Source: an uncultured Haloferula sp. (GTDB lineage: Bacteria; Verrucomicrobiota; Verrucomicrobiia; Verrucomicrobiales; Akkermansiaceae). From it: 64,000 bases of DNA. The DNA lies in the NCBI GenBank assembly GCA_965652295.1, contig CBFGTS010000003.1, forward strand, positions 64,001 to 128,000, written 5' to 3'. Under the pieces are notes generated by a model. The model was given only the letters and a program-made list of their open reading frames with translations, did no database searches and had not been told where the DNA came from. Shown here one piece after another: positions 20,193 to 30,632 of this stretch (within the stretch, counting starts at the first letter, position 1; every line of letters begins with the position of its first letter). Both the position numbers and the translations under genes were made by a program.

Positions 20193-20196
<4 letters not shown>
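19627..20196 (+). CDS. ECF sigma factor, TIGR02999 / ECF43-like (kinase-associated)
   Basis: ELLPLVYDELRALAA, SLQATALVHEAW, NRRHFFRAAAKAMRNIMVDRAR, LKFFGGLT and SERTVER-like (TERTVERNW) motifs. Coupled to the kinase by an ATGA overlap. Confidence 0.92.
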
Positions 20197-22430
<2,234 letters not shown>

Positions 22431-22444
22431 TCGTCATTTTTCCT

Positions 22445-22474
22445 GTCGGGAATCCGCCCGGATTTCCGCCCTTT
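22445..22474 (+). promoter_or_regulatory. Candidate ECF sigma promoter, copy 4
   Basis: GTCGG-gaatccgcccggatttc-CGCCCTTT, starting 15 bp after the kinase stop codon. Confidence 0.6.
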
Positions 22475-22479
22475 GAATG

Positions 22480-22619
22480 TGGAAGGTTCGAGCTCGAACC
22501 TCATCCTGTGTCTTCCCGCTGTGACTGCTGTTCGAACATCGTTTGGGTTTATCGATGGACGACAGGTTGCAACCGGCTCGCGGCTGGAGCGATTTGGGGT
22601 CGCTCCAGCCGCTTTCATT
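22480..22619 (+). ncRNA. Candidate small RNA or terminated leader (~140 nt)
   Basis: Lies between promoter copy 4 and a 13-bp-stem terminator. Contains the palindrome AGGTTCGAGCTCGAACCT (22484-22501) and the hairpin CATCG-TTTGGGTTTAT-CGATG. No convincing ORF. Confidence 0.4.
22580..22619 (+). terminator. Intrinsic terminator
   Basis: GCGGCTGGAGCGA-TTTGGGG-TCGCTCCAGCCGC followed by TTTCATT. Confidence 0.8.
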
Positions 22620-22866
22620 CCGGCGGGTGAAGCCGGATCCCGCTGCCTTTTCCCCAGTCAGAGCCGGCAGGAAACGTTGCGCGTCGAAACTTCCACCGCC
22701 GTCCTCGCATTCGTCGTTAAGTTCGGAGGCCTCCGGGCTATTGTAGGTTGTTTGAACCCATGATGTCTCCGGTTTGCTCTCAGGTGCTCGTGTCACCCCC
22801 CGCCTTGGCTCGTGCCACGGCTCCATCGTCCGAGGTCCGGAGCAGAACCGCCACCCGTCGCCACTC

Positions 22867-23943
22867 ATGAGGCCCAACCCCGAACCGCGGCGCGTCAGCC
22901 TCCGCGACATCGGTCAGAGACTGGGCGTGAGTCACACCACCGTCTCGCTGGCGCTGAAGGATGATCTCCGGATCACCACCAGCGTGCGTCAGCTCGTGAA
23001 AGCCACCGCCGAGGAGATGGGCTACCGGCCGGATCCGATGCTGTCAGCGCTCGCCACCTACCGGCGGAACCGCAGCGGTCTCCCGATGAGTGCCGGCATC
23101 GCATGGATCAACGCGTGGCAGGATCCCGACGCCCTCCGGCGCTACCGGGAGTTCGACTGCTATTGGCGGGGTGCCGAAAGGGCGGCGGAAAAGTTCGGTT
23201 ACCGTCTTGAGGAATTCCGCGCCGGCGCGGATTGTTCGCCCGCCCGTCTCCACCAGATCCTGCACACCCGCGGTATCCGTGGCATCCTGCTCCCCCCTCA
23301 CAGCGATCCGCCGTCGTGGAAGAATTTTCCGTGGGAGCACTACTCGGTGGTCCGCTACGGCCGGTCCATGCCCCACCCGCCATTTCACGTCATCACGGCG
23401 GATCAGGTGCTCAACACGATGCTCGCCTTCCGGAAAATCCGCGAGCGCGGCTACGAAAGGATCGGCTTCGTCGACTGCCGCGAGGCGACCGTGAAGCCCG
23501 GTCACCTGTTCCTGGCCGGTTTCCTGAGCGCCCGGACGGCGTTGGATCAGACGATGAGGGTCCCGGTCCTCAACCTGAGCCTCACGCGAAATTCCGGACG
23601 CGCCGCGCAACTCGCGGCGTGGGTGAAGAAGCATCGAGTCGAGGCCATCCTTACGAGTTTCAACGAACTCCCCGCGATTCTGGCCAAAGCGGGACTCCGC
23701 GTGCCGGACGATGTCGCCCTGGCCGGCACCACCGTCCTCGACACTCCCATTTCAGCGGGCATCGACCAGCATCCGGAAGAAATCGGACGCGTCGGCTTCC
23801 TGCTTCTCCACTCCCTCATCAACGACCGCGACACCGGGATCCCCACGATCTACCGCCAGTCGCTGATCGAGGGCTCATGGGTGGATGGTGACTCGCTTCC
23901 CCATCGAACCCATGCTGGTCACGACGCGGCTTCGGCCGAGTAG
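22867..23943 (+). CDS. LacI-family transcriptional regulator
   Basis: VSLRDIGQRLGVSHTTVSLALK HTH, MGYRPDPML hinge, GLRVPDDVAL and AGIDQHPEEIG. Confidence 0.92.
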   Translation: MRPNPEPRRVSLRDIGQRLGVSHTTVSLALKDDLRITTSVRQLVKATAEEMGYRPDPMLSALATYRRNRSGLPMSAGIAWINAWQDPDALRRYREFDCYWRGAERAAEKFGYRLEEFRAGADCSPARLHQILHTRGIRGILLPPHSDPPSWKNFPWEHYSVVRYGRSMPHPPFHVITADQVLNTMLAFRKIRERGYERIGFVDCREATVKPGHLFLAGFLSARTALDQTMRVPVLNLSLTRNSGRAAQLAAWVKKHRVEAILTSFNELPAILAKAGLRVPDDVALAGTTVLDTPISAGIDQHPEEIGRVGFLLLHSLINDRDTGIPTIYRQSLIEGSWVDGDSLPHRTHAGHDAASAE

Positions 23944-24094
23944 GCGGAATAGCCGCTGCGGTGGTAGGAACGAAGCCGGTAGCGCTTCACGGGGCAGGTG
24001 TCTCCTCGTCAGCGTCCGCTCCGCTGCGCAGGCCCCTCGAAGGGCATCATCTGCTTCTTCGATCGCCTTTGGAAAGGATCACCCGGCCGGACCT

Positions 24095-27040
24095 CTACCG
24101 CACGTTCACCTGAACCGCGGATTCCAGCCCGTTGTCCGCTGTCACCTTCAGGGTCGCCGCTCCGCTTTCACCGGGCTTGCTGCGCAGGACGGCAACCGCC
24201 TGACCGTAGAACAGGGAGTGCTCGACGTCCGTCAGGGACTCCATGCCCATCGGATCGCCATTGGCCACGCCCATGAACACGGCCGCGCCTTCCGTTTCGA
24301 ACTTGAGCTCGTCCATCGCCAGCGGGCAGAGATTGCCGCTTTCATCGAGCATTCGGATCGTAACGTAACAGAGGTCCATGCCGTCCGCATTCAGCTCGGG
24401 GCGATCGGGCGATACCTCCAGCTTGGCCGCAGCACCGGCGGTGCGCACACGATCCTCGCCGATCTTCGCGCCGTCCTTGTAGGCGACCACTTCCAACTCG
24501 CCCGGCTCGAACGGGATGTCGAAGAAGCGGATGCGGTAGGCATCGACGATGTCGAAGTAGGGATCCTGAGCGCGGATCGCGGTGTCATAAACCTCGAACT
24601 CACGGATGCTCGCCCAGCTCCCTCCTTCGTGGCCCTTGACATTGACCTTCAGATAACGGCCCTCGGTCGGGGCAAGGGTGATCGTCATGCGCTCCCGCAC
24701 GGATTCGCGTTTGCCGGAAAGCTGCTTCCAGTTCCGCTGGTCCGTGGAAACGAGCAGTTCGAAGTCGTAGCGCGTATCGCGAGCTTCCCACTGGATCACC
24801 ACGGTGGAAAACAACCGCTCCTGTCCGAGATCGACCTCCCAAGCCTGGGGAAAGCCGCCACTCTCCGCGCACCAGCGGGTTTCCGGGTTGCCATCGATCG
24901 CCTTGTCGGCCGTGTGGTCGGCCAGCACGTTTCCATCCTTGTCCTGGACGACCTGTGAGCTGGTGGCGTTGACGGTTTTCCCAAATGCGAAGTTCGCCGA
25001 CTCGAGCTTGTCTGGGTCGACCTTGGCCTTGCGGCCGAGGCTTCTGCCGTTGAGGAAGAGCTCGGCTTCATCGCCGTCGGTATAGACGATGACCGGCACG
25101 CGGTCCCCTTCGGACCAGTTCCAGTGCGGCGAGAGATGGACGGTGTGGTCGTCTTTCCTCCAAAGGCCACGATAAAGATAGAATGCATCCTTGGGCAGGC
25201 CCGCCAGATCGATGATGCCGAAGTAGCTGCTTCTCGCGGCATCCTTCAGCTCGGGCGATCCCTTGCCCCGGGCCGGGGTCGGCTCACCCAGATAATCGAA
25301 GCCGGTCCAGACATAATTGCCGCAGAGAAACCGCTCTTTGCGCATGCGCTCGAACTCGTATTCCGGAATGTCCGCCCAGATCGCGGCCGTCAGGCAATAG
25401 TCGCTCTGATAGGGTCCGGGCTGGTAGTCGGTCTTGGCGTCCGGCAGCTCCAGATTGTAGTAGCCACGCGTTCCGAAGGCCGACGCGGTTTCCGAGTAGA
25501 TGATGGGTTTCTCCGGGTAGTTCTTCCGGAAGTTCGTGTAGCGGGCCGAATAGTTCCAGCCGGAGACATCCACCGAGTCGAAGATCTTGGCGGAACGATC
25601 GGCACCCTGCGGCATGTGGCCCACCATGAGCGTCGGCCGGGTGGGGTCGTATTTCTTGAAATAACCGACCACCTGCGAAACGAGTTCTCCGCCCGAGCCA
25701 TCGCGCCGGCCGAGGATGTTGTAGTCTTCATTGGAGATCGACCAGATGACGACCGACGGGCTGTTGCGGTCGCGGAGGACGAAGTTCTTCACCTCCCGTT
25801 CGGCATACTTTTTAACAAACTCGGGAGTTTTCACCCGCACGCCGCCGGTGGCATCCCATTTGTCGTAAAGTTCGTCGAGCACCACGATCCCGAGACGGTC
25901 GCATATCTTCACCACCTCCGGAGCGTCGGGATTGTGAGAAGTGCGCAACGAGTTGATCCCCATCTCCTTGAGGATTCTCAGCTTGCGCTCCATCGCCGCC
26001 GGGTAGAACGCCGCACCCAGCATGCCGTGGGTGTGGTGCTCGCAAACCCCTTGCAGGTCCACACGGCGGCCGTTGAGATGAAAGCCGTCGTTCGCCGTCC
26101 ATTCGTAGGTGCGAATGCCGAAGTTCGTCTCCTCGTGGTCCACCTCGTCGCCATCGACCACCACACGGGTCCGGAGCGAGTAAAGATGCGGATGGTCCAC
26201 GTCCCACCGCATCGGTTCACTCACCGGAAAATCGAAGACGGCTTTGCCGTCCTCCCCGCCGATCTGGAGCGACTGACGCTTGCTGGCGATCTCCCTGCCA
26301 TCCGGATCGACGATCGTGGCCTCGACGCCGACGGTCACCTGCTCGCCGGACCGGTTCGCGATCTCGACCTCGGCCCGGACCTTCGCTTGCGAGTCCTGGA
26401 CGTCGGGCGTGGTCACAAAAACGCCCCACACCGGGATATGGACGGGATCGACCAGTTGCATCGCCACCTTGCGGTAGATCCCGGCGCCGGGGTACCAGCG
26501 CGAGGCCATTTGCCGCGTATCCGCGTGCACCGTCAGCACGTTCTCGCCGCCGAAGTCCGCGGCATCGGTGGCATCGATCCAGAACGAGTTGTAGCCGTAG
26601 ATCCATGAGCCGACTTCCTCGCCATTCAGGTAAACGGTGGGATGGGCCATGACGCCATCGAAGATGAACTGCACGCGCTTGCCTTTCGCATCCGCCGGGA
26701 GCGTGAAGGATTTGCGGTACCAGCCCTCACCTCTCCAAGGCAGCTTGGCGGTATCGGGGTTTCCCTGCGGATCGAACGGTCCCGCGATCGCCCAGTCGTG
26801 CGGCAGATCGACGTGTTCCCATTTCGAATCGTCGAACGACGCTTCCTTGGCCTCCGGATGGGAGCCCTTGGCGAAACGCCAGCCGAAGTTGATCGGATCG
26901 ACCTCGTGGACGGACGCGCGGGATTCCTGGTCCTCGTCAGCCCGGACGGACAGCGGCATCCATAAGAGAATTGATGACAGCAGGAAGACGGAGGACGGGT
27001 TCATGATGAGACGAAAAATGAGTGGATGGGAAAATCTCAT
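24095..27040 (-). CDS. GH2 glycosidase (beta-galactosidase-like) with an inserted F5/8-type C (CBM32-like) domain
   Basis: LPHDWAI, RWYPGAGIYR, GVCEHH, LRTSHNP, WSISNE, YSET and WTGFDYLGEPTP. The insert reads KAIDGNPETRWCA...VDLG...SIREFEV. The start could alternatively be 27004. Confidence 0.9.
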   Translation of the reverse strand: MRFSHPLIFRLIMNPSSVFLLSSILLWMPLSVRADEDQESRASVHEVDPINFGWRFAKGSHPEAKEASFDDSKWEHVDLPHDWAIAGPFDPQGNPDTAKLPWRGEGWYRKSFTLPADAKGKRVQFIFDGVMAHPTVYLNGEEVGSWIYGYNSFWIDATDAADFGGENVLTVHADTRQMASRWYPGAGIYRKVAMQLVDPVHIPVWGVFVTTPDVQDSQAKVRAEVEIANRSGEQVTVGVEATIVDPDGREIASKRQSLQIGGEDGKAVFDFPVSEPMRWDVDHPHLYSLRTRVVVDGDEVDHEETNFGIRTYEWTANDGFHLNGRRVDLQGVCEHHTHGMLGAAFYPAAMERKLRILKEMGINSLRTSHNPDAPEVVKICDRLGIVVLDELYDKWDATGGVRVKTPEFVKKYAEREVKNFVLRDRNSPSVVIWSISNEDYNILGRRDGSGGELVSQVVGYFKKYDPTRPTLMVGHMPQGADRSAKIFDSVDVSGWNYSARYTNFRKNYPEKPIIYSETASAFGTRGYYNLELPDAKTDYQPGPYQSDYCLTAAIWADIPEYEFERMRKERFLCGNYVWTGFDYLGEPTPARGKGSPELKDAARSSYFGIIDLAGLPKDAFYLYRGLWRKDDHTVHLSPHWNWSEGDRVPVIVYTDGDEAELFLNGRSLGRKAKVDPDKLESANFAFGKTVNATSSQVVQDKDGNVLADHTADKAIDGNPETRWCAESGGFPQAWEVDLGQERLFSTVVIQWEARDTRYDFELLVSTDQRNWKQLSGKRESVRERMTITLAPTEGRYLKVNVKGHEGGSWASIREFEVYDTAIRAQDPYFDIVDAYRIRFFDIPFEPGELEVVAYKDGAKIGEDRVRTAGAAAKLEVSPDRPELNADGMDLCYVTIRMLDESGNLCPLAMDELKFETEGAAVFMGVANGDPMGMESLTDVEHSLFYGQAVAVLRSKPGESGAATLKVTADNGLESAVQVNVR

Positions 27041-30000
27041 TTGCCGGGCTTGATGGCAATGCCTTGCACGACGAGCGCCCGGTCGGCGGACCACAGCTTG
27101 AGGGTCGCCCTCCCTTTCGGGACCTTCAGTTTCGCGGAACCGGACATGACGTGCCGGAGCACGTTCTTCGCCCACAACTTGTCGTGACCGCCGCTGTCGC
27201 GCTCGCCGAAGGAGACGAGAACCGGAGCACCGTCATTGATCGAAACGGCGGCAAGAACCTCGTGCTCGGGCGTGAACGGGTGGGTCGGCAAGGCCTCGAT
27301 CTCGACCGACACCTCGCCCGACTGTTCGGAATCGAAGATGTATTCCGCGACCGGCGCGTGTTTCCGAACCGCCCCGGCCGTTCGCAGGGTGGGCACGTCT
27401 TGAAAGGGCATGACGGTGATGGCGTGGCCGCACGGACTCAGACCATCGATCACCCCCCAATCGGCCCCGTCTTGGCCGCGGGTCCGCACGAAAGAGGTCG
27501 GATCGATCCGGATCACATCCTCTTCAGGGTCCGGCGATGCCGGGTTGGTGCCGGTCGGCGCGGTGGACGGCATGTCGAAGACCGGCAGTCCGCGCGGGCG
27601 ATAGTCCATCATCTCCCGCCACTTGCCGCCTTGGAGGGAGTTGTATTCCTCCGTCAGTTCCTTGATCCGCTCGAAGGCCTTCACGGCCAGGTTCCCCTCG
27701 TCCGATGAACCGGTCCGACGCGCTGCCTCGGCGCGGAGGATCTTCTCGGCCATCGCCGCGGCCCCGAGCGTCGGGTACTCGACGAGCTGGAAGTACGGGG
27801 AACGCAGTTCTTCCGGCAGCTCCGCGGCGAAGGCTTCCGTCCGCTCGGCGAGCCGGAGCCAGCGTTGCAACACCCGCTGCTGTTTCTCCATGGGCCACGG
27901 ACTGTCCTGGATCGGAGTGTTCGGGTAGATCTGGTTGAACCCCATGTGCTCGGGCCGCCGGATGGCGCAGAGGCGGTAATACTCGTCCTTCAGGCTGGCG
28001 ATCACTTCCCCGAACGCCGGACCGAACTGCTGCTTGTAGAAATCGTGCAGGAAGCGGCCTTGCACGTCCGGACCGTAGGCATCGATGTTCCATGCCAAGT
28101 CGAAGGTGATCCCCATGCCCGTCTCCATCGGTTTGATGTCGCCGACGTTGAGCACCCACATCTCATACACGCCCAATTGATAGGCCTTCGTCATTTCCAG
28201 CCAGAGGTGCGCGGGCGGCGTGGAATCCAGCCATAGGAAATCGTGGGAGCCACCCCAGTAGGACAGGTGATAGTAGACGCCGCTGCCGCCGGAACGCTGC
28301 CGTTCTTCGGCATCGGGGAGCTGCCGGATGTAGCCATGGTTGTCATCGGGCCACACCAACGTGATGTCCTCGGGCAGATCCATCCCCATCTGGTAGAGGT
28401 CCAGCACCTCCTTGTAGGGAACGAAGGACTGCGGCACCTTGGAGGCGTCCGGGTTCACATGCTCTTCGATCATCTTGCGCTGGAGCCCGATGAGCTTTTC
28501 CAGGCGATCGCGCTTCTCCTTGGGGGAGCCACCACCGGGCACCCCACTGTCGTGAACGCCACGGACGCCCACGGTGTAGACGTTTTCAAACTCCGCATTC
28601 TCCGCCACACGCGTCTCCCAGTAGTCCAGCATGCTGGGAAGGTTGGTCACCGGATTCCAGTCGCCGAATTTTTTATGGTCCCATTCGTCGACGTTGTTCC
28701 GCAGCATCGGCTCGCAATGCGATGAACCCATGACGATCGCGTAATCGTCGGCCACCTGCTTGTTTTCCGGGTAGTGGTTGAAAGCCTTCGTCGACGGGTG
28801 CATCGCCGGCCAGCAGTGATTGGCCTTCAATCGCAGCAGCAGCTCGAAGATTTTCGCATAGGTCTTCGGGCCCATGTCCTTCACTTCTCCCTGGCCGCTT
28901 TCGAAGTTCTTCTCCGCCCATTCCTGCAGGCCCCAGTCCTCATCGTTGATGAAGATGCCGCGGTAACGGATGCTGGGCTCCTTCGAAGTGAAAGGCTCCG
29001 GGCTGATGTGAATCTCGTCCGTCCGCTTCGCCGGCACATCGGCCCACCAGTACCAGGGTGAAACGCCTATCGCCTCGGACAGGGAAAAGACGCCGAACGC
29101 CGTGCCGCGACGGTCGCTGCCCGCGATCACCAACGCCTGCGGAACGTCCGGTGACGGGTTTTCCACCACTTCGATACGATACCGCTCCCAGCCGCCCTTG
29201 ATGCCGGAGACATCGATCTTGCGGCCAGCCGCCAGTGCGTCGATCACCGGGCTTTTCCCCAGGGTCCCGATGACCACCAGCGGCCCGCTCTGACCGGCGG
29301 CGGTCGTGGTTACCTCTGGGCGGACACCGCTCACCCGCTCGACATCCTCCGCGAACAACTCCGAGGCGATCTCGACAACCTTGGCGTCCTCGCCCGAGTA
29401 CACGATGGTCGCCGCCTTGCCCGCCTCGACCAGGGCGAAGTCGCGCTCCGAGCCGGCCGTTCCGGAAACGGCGGGAGCACCCGCGGGCTTGATCGGCGTC
29501 TCCGGGGCAAGAGCGGCCAAGCCGGCGTTTGGGAGCAGGTGTTGCTTCAACGGGCTGTCGCTTTCCGCGAGACCTCGGCAGACCAGCGCGGCCATGTGGA
29601 TAGCTCCGCTCTTGTTCCAGTGCGTCGTGTCATTCGGCGCGAGCAGATCGACGAGCGCGTCGTTGCCGATTCCCTGCATGAACTCGCCGCTCATGGCGAA
29701 CAGATCGATCAGCGTCACCCCCTTGGATTTGGCAACGTCCCGCATCGCCTTGGCGTACGGTTCGAGATCGTAGCGGGGCGTGCCATCGTCACCGACGAGG
29801 AAGGGCAGCAGGTTGCCTTTCCCGTCGAAACTCCGGCGGTGCATCGGCGTGACCAGGATCGGAGTCGCCCCTTTCGCCCGGGTTTCCTCGATGTATTGCT
29901 CGATGAATTTCCGGTAATCCCCCGACGCATCGGTCGACTCCAGATTGCCGGGTTCATGGGAATCGTTGTGGCCGAATTGGATCAGGACGAAGTCCTCTTC

Positions 30001-30294
30001 CCCGAGACTCTCCAGAACCTTCGCCCAAAGGCCCTCACCGATGAAGGTCTTGGTGCTGCGGGCGGGTTTCGCGTGGTTTTCGAACCGCACGTGACCCTCG
30101 AAAAAATAGGGAATCATCTGTCCCCAGCCACGGTTCGCTTCGTTCTCGCGGTAGGTTGACACGGTCGAGTCGCCGATGATCGCCACGTCAACCTCCGGCG
30201 CGGCGTCGGCTGCAGCAGAGCCCAATAGGAGGGGTATGGCTAAAACGAGTGCGGATCGCGTGATCGTGGAGAGAAGGCGGGCGATTCGGTTCAC
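27037..30294 (-). CDS. Fusion of a CE12-like SGNH acetylesterase and a GH115 alpha-glucuronidase
   Basis: N-terminal IIGDST, GWGQ, IQFGHND and NDTTHW, followed by the GH115 motifs RGIFINDEDWGL, WPAMH, WPDDNHGY and NVGDIKP. Confidence 0.9.
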   Translation of the reverse strand: MNRIARLLSTITRSALVLAIPLLLGSAAADAAPEVDVAIIGDSTVSTYRENEANRGWGQMIPYFFEGHVRFENHAKPARSTKTFIGEGLWAKVLESLGEEDFVLIQFGHNDSHEPGNLESTDASGDYRKFIEQYIEETRAKGATPILVTPMHRRSFDGKGNLLPFLVGDDGTPRYDLEPYAKAMRDVAKSKGVTLIDLFAMSGEFMQGIGNDALVDLLAPNDTTHWNKSGAIHMAALVCRGLAESDSPLKQHLLPNAGLAALAPETPIKPAGAPAVSGTAGSERDFALVEAGKAATIVYSGEDAKVVEIASELFAEDVERVSGVRPEVTTTAAGQSGPLVVIGTLGKSPVIDALAAGRKIDVSGIKGGWERYRIEVVENPSPDVPQALVIAGSDRRGTAFGVFSLSEAIGVSPWYWWADVPAKRTDEIHISPEPFTSKEPSIRYRGIFINDEDWGLQEWAEKNFESGQGEVKDMGPKTYAKIFELLLRLKANHCWPAMHPSTKAFNHYPENKQVADDYAIVMGSSHCEPMLRNNVDEWDHKKFGDWNPVTNLPSMLDYWETRVAENAEFENVYTVGVRGVHDSGVPGGGSPKEKRDRLEKLIGLQRKMIEEHVNPDASKVPQSFVPYKEVLDLYQMGMDLPEDITLVWPDDNHGYIRQLPDAEERQRSGGSGVYYHLSYWGGSHDFLWLDSTPPAHLWLEMTKAYQLGVYEMWVLNVGDIKPMETGMGITFDLAWNIDAYGPDVQGRFLHDFYKQQFGPAFGEVIASLKDEYYRLCAIRRPEHMGFNQIYPNTPIQDSPWPMEKQQRVLQRWLRLAERTEAFAAELPEELRSPYFQLVEYPTLGAAAMAEKILRAEAARRTGSSDEGNLAVKAFERIKELTEEYNSLQGGKWREMMDYRPRGLPVFDMPSTAPTGTNPASPDPEEDVIRIDPTSFVRTRGQDGADWGVIDGLSPCGHAITVMPFQDVPTLRTAGAVRKHAPVAEYIFDSEQSGEVSVEIEALPTHPFTPEHEVLAAVSINDGAPVLVSFGERDSGGHDKLWAKNVLRHVMSGSAKLKVPKGRATLKLWSADRALVVQGIAIKPGK

Positions 30295-30425
30295 AGAATG
30301 AGGGTGCGGTTTGAAAAATCGTCGGCGTGAGCGTTCGGATTCCGGAAAGCGTGGAAGTGGCGGAGGTCGGCTGCGCTACGGACGACAGGAAACCTTCCTT
30401 GCAGGCATCCGGGCATAGGACGAAC

Positions 30426-30458
30426 AAAAAACCCGCCTCGCCGGAATGGCGGGGAGGG
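30426..30458 (-). terminator. Probable intrinsic terminator after 30633..33263
   Basis: Minus strand CCCTCCCCGCC-ATTCC-GGCGAGGCGGG followed by TTTTTT. Confidence 0.65.
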
Positions 30459-30632
30459 CATGGCTTTCACGACCATCGGCTCGTGCTGGATCACGGCAGC
30501 TTTTTCATACCGCGCCAAACCAAGGCCAAGACATCACCCCGAACAACCGGGTGCCTCGTTTCCCTGTAAACAGGAAGCAACAGGAAGCGCCGGCACTTCA
30601 AAGGCCGACGCCTCCACTCCCCTCTTCTTGGC

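Noticed and set aside
22473..22763. 96-aa ORF across the candidate sRNA
   Set aside because: Its TTG start overlaps the promoter motif, it runs through a strong terminator, and it has no recognisable features.
22620..22866. LacI operator search near the LacI-family gene
   Set aside because: No convincing LacI-type palindrome was found by eye. I cannot exclude that this protein, rather than the NarL-type regulator, binds the 16-bp motif.
30355..30390. Possible fifth ECF promoter upstream of the CE12-GH115 gene
   Set aside because: It has GTCGT instead of GTCGG, a longer spacer, and no AT-rich spacer pattern.
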